A stretch of DNA of 64,000 nt from positions 50,818 through 114,817 of the IMG/VR virus record IMGVR_UViG_3300043773_000401. One strand, 5' to 3'. Positions 41,725 to 50,897 of this stretch are shown here, piece after piece. A model generated the notes under the pieces. It saw nothing but the letters and a program-made list of their open reading frames with translations. It was not told the origin of the DNA and did not search any database. Position numbers and translations under genes: made by a program. Each line of letters begins with the position of its first letter. Positions within the stretch are counted from its first letter, which is position 1. This DNA comes from a virus.

Positions 41725-42128
41725 TATCCTTTCTTGCTACGCATTTTACCTAGAGTTTTAGCTAAGTTAGCTTGTCTCTTAGTTGTTGTACTTGCTTTAG
41801 ATCCTGGTTTAGTTACCTTAGCAGCATAAGCAGCAGTAGACATACCAGCAGCTTTAGCTTTAGCAGAGAATGCACCTGGGTTTTTAATAGCACCCTTGAT
41901 CCAATTTTTCTTAGCTCCACCAGCTTTAAATACTCCACGTCCTTTAAGGATGTCTGCTTGAGTTACTTTACCATCACCTGTAAGATCTGGAAACTTTGAT
42001 CCTCCCATCTTATAGTTCTTACTTTCCATCTTCTGATAATCAGCATTAAGTTTATTTACCTTACTCTTTTTATCTTGAGGACGGGTAACATACCCTGGAT
42101 TCATGTTTAATTTAGTAGTCTTTTTCAT
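41724..42128 (-). CDS. Small basic modular protein with an EF-hand-like DLTGDGKVTQAD loop
   Basis: 134 aa, Lys/Ala-rich; segments separated by YKMGG and FKAGG. Confidence 0.65.
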   Translation of the reverse strand: MKKTTKLNMNPGYVTRPQDKKSKVNKLNADYQKMESKNYKMGGSKFPDLTGDGKVTQADILKGRGVFKAGGAKKNWIKGAIKNPGAFSAKAKAAGMSTAAYAAKVTKPGSKASTTTKRQANLAKTLGKMRSKKG

Positions 42129-42138
42129 ATATAAATAA

Positions 42139-42498
42139 TTAGCAGTTCCATTTTCTTAATGACTTATTAATCCTAGAGTTAGGATCATTTGCAGTCTTAG
42201 ATGAAGTAAGCTTCTTCTTCATACCAGACATTCTAGCACAAAAAGACTTTCTTCTATTAGCAGCTTCACTACCTTTCTTTAACTTAGAAGGTTCTGTAGT
42301 AACAGCTGTCTTAAGTTTAGATCCAGGGTTTTCTCTACGGTAAGAAGCAACACCTTTAGCATTAAGACCACCAGAAGGATTCTTACCTTCTTTTCTCTGC
42401 CATGCAGGAGTAGATCCTCCCTTCTTCATCTGAGGAGTCTTACCAGCTTTCTTCATTGAGATAGCTATTGCTGCTTGTTGTTTTGCATTCTTTGTCAT
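42139..42498 (-). CDS. Small basic protein (DUF6321-like)
   Basis: AWQRKEGKNPSGGLNAKG...RRKSFCARMSGM...SRINKSLRKWNC. Confidence 0.65.
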   Translation of the reverse strand: MTKNAKQQAAIAISMKKAGKTPQMKKGGSTPAWQRKEGKNPSGGLNAKGVASYRRENPGSKLKTAVTTEPSKLKKGSEAANRRKSFCARMSGMKKKLTSSKTANDPNSRINKSLRKWNC

Positions 42499-42507
42499 AG
42501 TAATATT

Positions 42508-42642
42508 TTATCTACCTTGACCTCTATATCTTTTAGGTTTCTGTTCCTTAGGACCAAACTTCTTTTTAAGCTTGCCTGTAGTTTTAACACCAAAGGTTAC
42601 TTTACCTCTTTCTACTTTACCTTTACCACCTGCTTTTGCCAT
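42508..42642 (-). CDS. 44-aa basic mini-protein ending KRYRGQGR (below the ORF-track cut-off)
   Basis: MAKAGGKGKVERGKVTFGVKTTGKLKKKFGPKEQKPKRYRGQGR; exactly fills the gap between its neighbours. Confidence 0.7.
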   Translation of the reverse strand: MAKAGGKGKVERGKVTFGVKTTGKLKKKFGPKEQKPKRYRGQGR

Positions 42643-42644
42643 AA

Positions 42645-42914
42645 CTATCTATATTTACTAGCTTTATTAGCTATTGATTTAGGTTGTTTTACAAATTGTT
42701 TACCCTTCCTATTACCTTCAGCTTTAACCTTATTAGTAGCAGCTTTTTCTCCTGCTGACATAGCAGACCAGGCAGCTTCAGGAAGATACCTTTTAGTACC
42801 CTTAGATTTTACTTCTTTACTCAAGCCTTTCTTTTTATTAGCATGAGTACCAGAAGTCATCCATTTCTGAGCTGTCCAGTCTTTTAAACTCTTCTGTGAT
42901 TTAGCTAGTGCCAT
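42645..42914 (-). CDS. Small basic protein resembling the C-terminal half of DUF5872
   Basis: SQKSLKDWTAQKW...RYLPEAAW...GKQFVKQP. Confidence 0.6.
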   Translation of the reverse strand: MALAKSQKSLKDWTAQKWMTSGTHANKKKGLSKEVKSKGTKRYLPEAAWSAMSAGEKAATNKVKAEGNRKGKQFVKQPKSIANKASKYR

Positions 42915-42932
42915 TCTTTTTCTAATTTAAAC

Positions 42933-43388
42933 TTATTCTCCATAATAACCAAACATCTTTAAATAATCAATTGCATTCTGTAATATAATAGGACTATCTT
43001 CAAACATACCTAATGCCCTATTACACTTCTTACACAACAGACCTCTAAATTCATCTGTCTTATGATTATGATCAATTGCGCTTTCACTTATTAATATATG
43101 TTTATTACATATGGCACAACATTCTTCTTGCCTTTCATAAACATCTATTAATTCTTCAGGTGTTATTCCTCTTCTTTGACATCTTTTTGCTAGAGTCCAC
43201 GAGTCTTTCTCTCTATATTCTCTAACTTTATCTGGATTATTTTCAGTCCAGTTTCTATGTTCATTATATAAACATTTATTACATTTACTTTTTAATAAAT
43301 GTTTTTGTGATCCACCTCTACTTCTAAACTCAGAAGTATCTTTAGATTTTTTACAACTTGAACATATTTTAGTTTCTATATCCACCAC
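42933..43388 (-). CDS. Endonuclease VII-type HNH (putative free-standing homing endonuclease)
   Basis: N-terminal CxxC...CxxC zinc ribbon; CAIC...IDHNH...RGLLCKKCNRALG...D...AIDYL. Confidence 0.85.
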   Translation of the reverse strand: MVDIETKICSSCKKSKDTSEFRSRGGSQKHLLKSKCNKCLYNEHRNWTENNPDKVREYREKDSWTLAKRCQRRGITPEELIDVYERQEECCAICNKHILISESAIDHNHKTDEFRGLLCKKCNRALGMFEDSPIILQNAIDYLKMFGYYGE

Positions 43389-43734
43389 CTTTACTTTTGT
43401 ACTCTTTAGCTAACAACTGACTTTTTCTAGCTGACCATTCTCCAGGATCTCCACCTTTAGTACCAGCCTTTATCTTGTTGAATAATGATTTACGCATACC
43501 AGGCTTGGTATAATTACCTGCCTGGTTTACCTTAGACTTAGTAGAACCACCTTTTTTCATAGTCTCAGCTATTCTGATTTTACGGTCTTGAACTTTAGCT
43601 GCTCTACCTAATAGTCTATTAGCTTTTTGTTCTCTACCTTCATCAACAGCTTTATTGCCTTTATAAACTAGACGTTCTTCTCTTTTCTGAAGTCTTGCTA
43701 GTTTTCTTGCTTTATCACCAGGTGTTTTCATCAT
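43369..43734 (-). CDS. Small basic protein whose C-terminal part resembles the N-terminal half of DUF5872
   Basis: NYTKPGMRK...KGGDPGEWSARKSQLLAKEYKSKGGGY, located after an MKKGG linker. Confidence 0.6.
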   Translation of the reverse strand: MMKTPGDKARKLARLQKREERLVYKGNKAVDEGREQKANRLLGRAAKVQDRKIRIAETMKKGGSTKSKVNQAGNYTKPGMRKSLFNKIKAGTKGGDPGEWSARKSQLLAKEYKSKGGGYRN

Positions 43735-43735
43735 A

Positions 43736-44041
43736 TTATTTCTTTTTACCCATTTTCTTCATGCCACCCTTCTTCATCATACCACCATATTTTAATGGAG
43801 ATACAGTAGCTTTAGGATTAACATTAGTCATAACTCCACTAGATCCAGGAACTTTTTGTACAGTAGCTCCTTTATTAACTCCTACCATAACTCCTCTTGA
43901 GCTAGGTACTTTAGTTACTTGGAAGTCACTTTGTGGATTAGGGTTATTCATAGCACCAGTCTTAGCCTTAGGTAAAGACTTCATACCACCTTTCTTCATC
44001 ATTGAGGCAGTAGATGCTTTTTTGGTCATAGATTTTTTCAT
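43736..44041 (-). CDS. Small Lys/Met/Gly-rich protein with an internal repeat
   Basis: Two MKKGG and one KYGG; repeat VxKVPxSxGVMxxVN. Confidence 0.65.
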   Translation of the reverse strand: MKKSMTKKASTASMMKKGGMKSLPKAKTGAMNNPNPQSDFQVTKVPSSRGVMVGVNKGATVQKVPGSSGVMTNVNPKATVSPLKYGGMMKKGGMKKMGKKK

Positions 44042-44066
44042 TTTACAAAAATATTAAAGTGTTATA

Positions 44067-44098
44067 CTAATATACTATTTATTCCAATAAGGTTCAAC
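44067..44098 (-). promoter_or_regulatory. Putative promoter GTTG-N20-TATATTAG for the mini-protein cluster
   Basis: -7 box identical to the one at 21633. Confidence 0.55.
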
Positions 44099-45091
44099 TT
44101 TTTTTAGAAGTTTTGTAAGAATTTCATCATTAAGAGGATTCTTAAGATACTCAACCACATCAGTTTGGTTTCTACCCATCATAGTATTACTATCTGTTTC
44201 ATAGATAAAACCATCAGACTTTAATGTGATAAACTTATAATAAGTACAGTCTTTTACTAAAGATCTGATCTTTAAAGTTTCCATATCTAGTTCAGCAGTC
44301 TTAAGGAAAGTTTCTACTGCTCTCTTAGGATTAGTCTCTGTACCATCTCCATTAATATACTTATCTGCATTATCATAAAGTACATCATTAGGAGTAGACT
44401 TCTTATACTGCACACTGTTAAGATCAATTACCTTTAAGATATACATAAGCTTGTTAGTATTCTTATTGAATAACTTATCTAGTTCAGCAAGTGCTTTATT
44501 TTTAATTTTCTTGAATTCAGTTTTAGTAGTAATGGTATCTTCATACTTGTCTAAGAAAAACTTAGTAGGTACTGCTCTTGATCTAGCATCCTCATAGTTC
44601 TTAGCTACAATAGAAAACCCACCTGCCTGAATAGCATAAAACTTAATAAGATCATAAGGATCATTAAGTGGATCAATGAATAAAGGTTCATTACCACAAC
44701 GGATAGTGATCTTCTGCCAGAACTCATCATTATCTGGTCTTAGAAGTTTTACCTTATTCCAGAAATCAGGATCTTCTGGATCAATAACATTAGCTACTAG
44801 TTCTTTCTCTAACTGAGAAACAACAGCTCTAATTTCATTAATCTTAGCCTGTTTTTCTTCTGGGTCCTTAATAAGTTTAATTTCAGGAGCAAATTCATTA
44901 AGACCTGATAAGTATCTCTTGATACCATTGTGCTCAATGCATGCTAATTGTTCTTCATGGAATACACCATCATAAAGAGCTAGTCCATATTTTTCTAGAC
45001 CCATGTTAGATACTGAAGGGTCAAAAAAAGCTTTAATAGCAATAGGCCCGGACTTAAGAGCCTGATGCTTTTCAATCATTGTGTAAGACAT
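44075..45091 (-). CDS. Conserved crAss-like protein downstream of MCP (338 aa)
   Basis: Position after MCP; DFWNK...FWQKITI...DPYDLIK and YLKNPLN patterns. Confidence 0.6.
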   Translation of the reverse strand: MSYTMIEKHQALKSGPIAIKAFFDPSVSNMGLEKYGLALYDGVFHEEQLACIEHNGIKRYLSGLNEFAPEIKLIKDPEEKQAKINEIRAVVSQLEKELVANVIDPEDPDFWNKVKLLRPDNDEFWQKITIRCGNEPLFIDPLNDPYDLIKFYAIQAGGFSIVAKNYEDARSRAVPTKFFLDKYEDTITTKTEFKKIKNKALAELDKLFNKNTNKLMYILKVIDLNSVQYKKSTPNDVLYDNADKYINGDGTETNPKRAVETFLKTAELDMETLKIRSLVKDCTYYKFITLKSDGFIYETDSNTMMGRNQTDVVEYLKNPLNDEILTKLLKKVEPYWNK

Positions 45092-45129
45092 AATTTATTT
45101 GGTTTTTAAAGTTAATGTACAAAGTTAGT

Positions 45130-45160
45130 AAAAAAGGGGAGAATAAAAACTCTCCCCTTA
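45130..45160 (-). terminator. Intrinsic terminator after MCP
   Basis: AAGGGGAGA-GTTTTTAT-TCTCCCCTT followed by a U-tract; a canonical Bacteroidota -7 box TAACTTTG comes right after. Confidence 0.8.
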
Positions 45161-45177
45161 GATACTTATTTTAGAGA

Positions 45178-46803
45178 TTAGAATGATCCTCCAGTAATTG
45201 GGTTTCTCATCACAATCTTCAATACCTTACTTGGGTCTTTTACCCAGATAGCAGGCATAGTTTGTGTCATGTATACACGGTAACCATTGAATTGACCAGA
45301 AGACTGGAATCCTTGAGTACGTCCCATGTAGTCCATAGTACCATTCTGATACCACCACTTCAACTGGTTATCCCAGCTAAGTTTCAACAAGAAGATGTTG
45401 TCATTAGTGTTATCAGTGATATCAAAGATAATGAATGAATAAGAAGACAATGGGAAACCATCAATGATTGGGTTTTCAATGTCATTAGTATTCAAGTTAT
45501 CAAATGCAGGGTTAAGAACAAACTTCACATTAGCTAAGAATGGAATTACATAGCTAGTGAAAGAGTATCCAAATCCTAAATCCATAGGCTCTCCTTGGAT
45601 AGCATTGATAGAGTTAGCTCCAGCAGCCTGGATAACTAGACCTGAACCAAATGCTTCTTGCTTGATAGCTTCATTGATAAGACGCATACCTCCCATACCA
45701 GTCTGTACAATAAGTTGACGCTTAGGATCTGGTCCTTTGAATTCAACCTTACCAGCATAGAAGTTATAGATCTCAGAACGGAATAAGTCTAAGTTAAATC
45801 CAGACTTGTTGTATACTCTCTTGAAAGAGTTATCCAACTGCTTCCATAATCCGACAGATAGACGGATATCATCTGGACCATCTTGCTTAACACGTCCACC
45901 TTGTCCCCACATTAAGTAGGTCTCAATGTCAGTTGCTACTTTAGTTAAGTGAGCAGCTTCCATAGTAGTTAAGAAAGTACGTGATAATGTACCATTGTTC
46001 ATAGCTCTCTTAACATAATCTTTACCCATACGAGATACCATAGTCTCCATATCAGCAATTGCTGGGTCTAAAGACTTATCAAAGTTTCTCCAGATTTCTG
46101 TTACAGGTACAGTACCATCAGCATTCAATCCACCTTTGATCATAAGATCTGCACGGCTAGAGATAGAATAATGTACGTGTGCTTCAGCTCCTCCAACAAA
46201 GTTGTAGAACTCACGGTATCCTGAACGAGTCTGAATATCAGAGAATCTTTCTCCATACTCACCACGTGCAGAACCCTTACGGAATACTTTAGTACCACCA
46301 GCTAAGAATTTATTATCCAAGAAACGGTAGTTATCAGTGTTCACTAATTGAACAGTGTAGATAAAACCATCAGCTACTGGAAGAATATCATCTTGAGTGA
46401 TGTACAATTCAACTCCATTGTATTTGTCATAAGTGATAATATCACCATGTCCAAATTCACGTTTGTTGATCTTAATCTTGAAAGTAGTACCATCTACACC
46501 TTTAGTCAAGTTTGCAGGTTCAATGTCTTCAATGATATAAGCTAAATCTTGTACTACTGGTATTTGCCACTTGTACTCTCCTCTAGCATTATCTACATTG
46601 ATAACATTCTTTCCTCCAAATGATGACATCTGGTAAAGAGGCATTTCTACTTTTTGAGCCATAGCCCAAAGATCTACTGGACCTAAATCCATAGGTTCAG
46701 CTGTTCTTAGCATATTTACTAAGTGATAGGAGTCAACATGTGAACTAGCTTGGTAGTTAGTGTCACGCAAGAAGACCCCATTGTTTAAAACTGGTGTTGC
46801 CAT
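45178..46803 (-). CDS. Major capsid protein (HK97 fold, crAss-like)
   Basis: 541 aa; gene order TerL-portal-scaffold-MCP; EYKW, LMWG, GLWKQL, TGMGGM; strong codon bias and a downstream terminator. Confidence 0.85.
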   Translation of the reverse strand: MATPVLNNGVFLRDTNYQASSHVDSYHLVNMLRTAEPMDLGPVDLWAMAQKVEMPLYQMSSFGGKNVINVDNARGEYKWQIPVVQDLAYIIEDIEPANLTKGVDGTTFKIKINKREFGHGDIITYDKYNGVELYITQDDILPVADGFIYTVQLVNTDNYRFLDNKFLAGGTKVFRKGSARGEYGERFSDIQTRSGYREFYNFVGGAEAHVHYSISSRADLMIKGGLNADGTVPVTEIWRNFDKSLDPAIADMETMVSRMGKDYVKRAMNNGTLSRTFLTTMEAAHLTKVATDIETYLMWGQGGRVKQDGPDDIRLSVGLWKQLDNSFKRVYNKSGFNLDLFRSEIYNFYAGKVEFKGPDPKRQLIVQTGMGGMRLINEAIKQEAFGSGLVIQAAGANSINAIQGEPMDLGFGYSFTSYVIPFLANVKFVLNPAFDNLNTNDIENPIIDGFPLSSYSFIIFDITDNTNDNIFLLKLSWDNQLKWWYQNGTMDYMGRTQGFQSSGQFNGYRVYMTQTMPAIWVKDPSKVLKIVMRNPITGGSF

Positions 46804-46824
46804 TTTTTATTGAGATTTAATTGT

Positions 46825-48033
46825 TTACCGTTTAAAAAAATTATTGTTTCTAGGTAACCTCTTGGTTACTGTTTCTTCTTTCTCTATCACAGGTGTTCCA
46901 GTAGTTCTTTTAACTTGTTCAGTCTTTAACTGTCTTGCTGTTTTCTCTACTGCCTGTGATTTACCTACTTCTGCAATTCTTGATTTATAACTGTCTGGGT
47001 CAGATAATAACCACAGAGCTTCTGCTATAAGACCATGATTAGGTTCAATAAACTGGTATTTCTCCAGTAAGTGACCTAACAGATTTGTAGGTTGTCCTGA
47101 TATAGAAGGATAAGAAGGCTGTGTTAAACCATTGTATAGTAAGGATTGAGTTTTCTTATCTAACTTAATACCATTTACTTCTCCTGGTTTTAATGTTTCA
47201 TATACACTATGCATATAAAACTGAGCAGCTTCTTCTTGCTTCTTTCTATAGTCTTCCTGCTGAGCTATCTTTCTAGCAACTTGTTCTTTTTCCTTTTGTT
47301 CTAATTTTGGTTTAAACTTAAGTGCTTTCTTTTCTAGCTCATCTCTATCTCTTAAAGATTCTATCTCTTCCTCAATCTCTTCTGCTGAACCATACTTAGT
47401 AAAAGTAAGATACTCTCTTACAATTCTTTCTTGGTCAGAAGGACTATTAGGATCTAGAGACTTAACTTCTTCTACTTGAGATAAAGCTCTGAATACACTT
47501 TTAAGATCAGTACCACCTTCCATTACATAAGCTGCAGCAGCTTGTAACTCTTCTGGTAGAGATCCAAAGAATTCAGATGGAAGTTTTTCTGCTAGACTTC
47601 TCTCTCTATCTTGAATGTTTGCTTCAAGTAGTTCTTCAAAGTCTTTAATGCTGTATTCTTCTAGTGGTTTGTCATCATCAAAAGGTACTAATTGACCTTT
47701 CTCTATAAGCTTATTCATAAGCTCTACAACTCCACTCTTCTCTACTTTAGGTCTTCCTGTTGTCTTAGTTTCTTCTTCACCAGTCTTAGGAGCAGATGCT
47801 TCTAATGGATCAATTTCAGCTAGTACATCAGAAAGAGCTTCTTTAGCAGATTCTGAAGAATCTTCATCTTCTTTACTGTCAAGGAACGTGGTGTCAACTT
47901 TACCTTTTGTAAATACTGAGGGCTTAGTCTCTTGTGGTAGCATTATGTTTTCTGCTCCTGGAGTCCCTAGTAAATCATCTAGGTTGATGTCAACTTGTTC
48001 TACTACTGTAGAATTTTGGTTTTCTGTACTCAT
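46825..48033 (-). CDS. Acidic scaffold-like protein
   Basis: E/D/K-rich and helical, between portal and MCP. ATG at 48033 is preferred over TTG at 48039. Confidence 0.65.
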   Translation of the reverse strand: MSTENQNSTVVEQVDINLDDLLGTPGAENIMLPQETKPSVFTKGKVDTTFLDSKEDEDSSESAKEALSDVLAEIDPLEASAPKTGEEETKTTGRPKVEKSGVVELMNKLIEKGQLVPFDDDKPLEEYSIKDFEELLEANIQDRERSLAEKLPSEFFGSLPEELQAAAAYVMEGGTDLKSVFRALSQVEEVKSLDPNSPSDQERIVREYLTFTKYGSAEEIEEEIESLRDRDELEKKALKFKPKLEQKEKEQVARKIAQQEDYRKKQEEAAQFYMHSVYETLKPGEVNGIKLDKKTQSLLYNGLTQPSYPSISGQPTNLLGHLLEKYQFIEPNHGLIAEALWLLSDPDSYKSRIAEVGKSQAVEKTARQLKTEQVKRTTGTPVIEKEETVTKRLPRNNNFFKR

Positions 48034-48133
48034 ATTCAATTTGGTTTCATTAATAATATACTCAAAATTATATATTTTAATTTATATAATTAAAGTTTAA
48101 GACTAAATTTGATGCACTATATGGCTAACCACA

Positions 48134-50896
48134 TTATTTCTTTTTCTTATTTGTGGTAGATTTATCCTTTTTAACATCATATTTATTCTTATTCTCCTGT
48201 GCAATTTGCAATTGTGTTTGTGCTATCTGCTGCTGTGTTGCTAGCTTTTGTCTTTCAATAGACATTTTATCAGCATGAGATTGTCTCTGCATATTAATCT
48301 TTTCCTGATCTATTGTAGCTGCAGCTTGATATTCTTGAGTTTGCTGTAAGTCTCTAATAGCATCTTGGAAGTCAGATACTTCATTCTTATTAATATCCTG
48401 CATAGCACCATAACCAGCAGCTTGAATTTGTCTCTCAACAATTCTAGTCTGTCTGTCTTTCTCATTCTCAGCAGCTTCAAATTCCATCTTCATTTTTTCT
48501 TCTTGTGCCTTAGCCTGAAGAGCTTGTTCTTGCATCTGCTGTTGCTGTTGCATTTCTTCTCTTCTAGCATTATTAGTCTTTTCTTCTACATCTTTAAGTA
48601 CATGAGTAATCTCAGACATAGAAGTAGCTTTAATAATATTACCTAGATCATAGATAGAAGCACCAGAAGTATTATTAGATAATGCTAATTGCTTAAGTTG
48701 TTCTACTATATTTCTTTGATCTGCTCTTGTTACACAGAATACATTGATATCTCTTAGTAATAGATCAGTACCATTTATCTCAAAATTCTTTTTCTCATCT
48801 AGACTTGTGATATATTGAAGTCTTAAAGATGGTTTAGTAGAATGATAATACTGAGCTAAGTCTGTTCTCATAGAGTGTACTCTAGGCATTAGGTAATCTG
48901 AATGCTGTATAAAATACATTTCTGTCTGAGCATAACTAGATGATACAGCTTGTTCAATACCTTTAGCAGTATCTGATTGAGCTATTTGTTGACCCATCCT
49001 TTGTGGAGTAATACCTATAGTTTCAAATGCCTGCATCTTAAAGTAGCTAGCAAGTTGAATTCTAGATAGTAATCTTTCTGTTTGAGATAAGTCTAGTTTC
49101 TGATAATGCTGGAATGATAATGCATTTTCTGTATTAGTTATAGATGTATCCAATGGAAGCATCTGGAAGTTCTTCATAGCAACATATGCTTTTGCTAGAT
49201 TATTCTTTCCCCAGTCTTCTCCCAATGAATGTCTTGGTAATGCATTTTGATCTAACATGATTACAGTACCTAATTCATCTACTAGGATATCTGCAATTTG
49301 ATTATTTACAATATTGTAAGCTATCTGGAATGGCTTCATTAAGTCTACTAAAGATGTAGATCTAGTATTTCTATCTGAGAATACTGATCCTTCTACAGGA
49401 AGTTTACATCCATATAGTGAGTCATCTCCTTTAAATTGAAACTTAAGAGGCTTAATTCTATTCTGGTTAATACCTAAGTATAATGGTTGGATACCACCTG
49501 GGCTTTTAGTACCCCAGAAAGTTGGATGGTGTGGACCTATCTTTACTCCACCCCATACTTGGTTAATCCATATCCAATCTATGTGTTCTCCAAATACTAG
49601 ATTATCTTTAGTCTTGTTAGTAAATAAATCTGTATTGTAAATAGGTTTATCTGTAACCTTGTAAGCTTCTGTTACAATATCTTGTGTTACTAATCCTGTT
49701 TCATCTATCTTAGTTAAGTGTCCTACCTTTCTCTGTGATTTCCAGTATACAGTAGTAACTCTTAACATGTCAGTCATACCTAAGTCAAAATAGTCTTCAT
49801 TCTCTGACATAATCCAGTTAACAATGTCTCCACCCCGAAGACTATTATCCCACATAGAAGTAAACTGGCGGTAAGCCAAAGAAGGCATTTGAGTATTCCA
49901 CTCATGTGATTTAGTAGCATCATAATAAGATCCATCATTTTGATAACCCTGTATTGGGTAACCAGCAGATCTTACAGGATAAATCTGCTCTAGTGATAAC
50001 ATTTGTTCTTCAGTAAGTAACCATCCATATCTATCAATAACATCTGCTACTGACATCATATCAAACTTACCTACCCAAGATCCATCAGAAACATATCTTA
50101 CTTCTGGTGACTTATGATAGAATGATACTACAGGATTCCATAGTTCTACATCATAGTCATCTTCCATCATACGAAAGTGCCAGAATTCTCTATCTGTAAT
50201 AAGCATATCACGGAAGCCTCTTTCTTCAAGCTCTTCCATTTTAAATCTTTCTTGATCAACATGGGTTTGATGTTCTGCCCATTGTTCTACCATAGATCTA
50301 TAATCTTTTTTAAAGTACTTCTCTATTTCTGGAAGACTTTTAAGATTCTCAGGTTGCATTTGTTGTTGATACTCTTCTGATTCAGGATCTAATCCAGCTT
50401 CCATAAGATTAATCATCATCTTCTCATATGCATCAGATAATAATACTTCTTCTACTTGCTGTCTTTTAGCCTCTAGTAATTCATTATATGAGTTCTCATC
50501 AACAGTTCTAAATGTTATCTTAGAAGTTCTTTTAGCAAACTCTGCCACCATAGTATTGATGACATTAGGAATAATAGGATAAAACTTAAGTTCTAGTGCT
50601 GAGTTATCTTGTTTAGTAAGTACCTCAATAAGATCAGCATATTCATTATCTTCTTCAATAATGTAATCTGTTTTATCTATAATACCTTTTGCTAGTTTAT
50701 AATTCTTCATTAATCTTCTAGCATTTCTTCTTACCTGCTTTAGACCTTCCCACTCTAGCCAGTCTAAGTTCCATGCTCCCCACTCTTCATCCTTTTTCTT
50801 TTCTGGTAAAAATTGAATAGGCTGATTCAGAGTACCCATCCGGTTATACTCTGCCTTAGCTCCATTCTTTAATTGCATTGCGTTATATATCTGCAT
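48134..50896 (-). CDS. Portal protein
   Basis: 920 aa directly after TerL; YPIIPNVIN, SLVDLMKPFQIAYNIVNNQ, GITPQRMGQ; Q-rich C-terminal coiled coil. Confidence 0.88.
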   Translation of the reverse strand: MQIYNAMQLKNGAKAEYNRMGTLNQPIQFLPEKKKDEEWGAWNLDWLEWEGLKQVRRNARRLMKNYKLAKGIIDKTDYIIEEDNEYADLIEVLTKQDNSALELKFYPIIPNVINTMVAEFAKRTSKITFRTVDENSYNELLEAKRQQVEEVLLSDAYEKMMINLMEAGLDPESEEYQQQMQPENLKSLPEIEKYFKKDYRSMVEQWAEHQTHVDQERFKMEELEERGFRDMLITDREFWHFRMMEDDYDVELWNPVVSFYHKSPEVRYVSDGSWVGKFDMMSVADVIDRYGWLLTEEQMLSLEQIYPVRSAGYPIQGYQNDGSYYDATKSHEWNTQMPSLAYRQFTSMWDNSLRGGDIVNWIMSENEDYFDLGMTDMLRVTTVYWKSQRKVGHLTKIDETGLVTQDIVTEAYKVTDKPIYNTDLFTNKTKDNLVFGEHIDWIWINQVWGGVKIGPHHPTFWGTKSPGGIQPLYLGINQNRIKPLKFQFKGDDSLYGCKLPVEGSVFSDRNTRSTSLVDLMKPFQIAYNIVNNQIADILVDELGTVIMLDQNALPRHSLGEDWGKNNLAKAYVAMKNFQMLPLDTSITNTENALSFQHYQKLDLSQTERLLSRIQLASYFKMQAFETIGITPQRMGQQIAQSDTAKGIEQAVSSSYAQTEMYFIQHSDYLMPRVHSMRTDLAQYYHSTKPSLRLQYITSLDEKKNFEINGTDLLLRDINVFCVTRADQRNIVEQLKQLALSNNTSGASIYDLGNIIKATSMSEITHVLKDVEEKTNNARREEMQQQQQMQEQALQAKAQEEKMKMEFEAAENEKDRQTRIVERQIQAAGYGAMQDINKNEVSDFQDAIRDLQQTQEYQAAATIDQEKINMQRQSHADKMSIERQKLATQQQIAQTQLQIAQENKNKYDVKKDKSTTNKKKK

Positions 50897-50897
50897 A

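Noticed and set aside
42915-43388. Group I intron around the HNH gene
   Set aside because: There is almost no non-coding flank for a ribozyme core, and the downstream gene has its own ATG.
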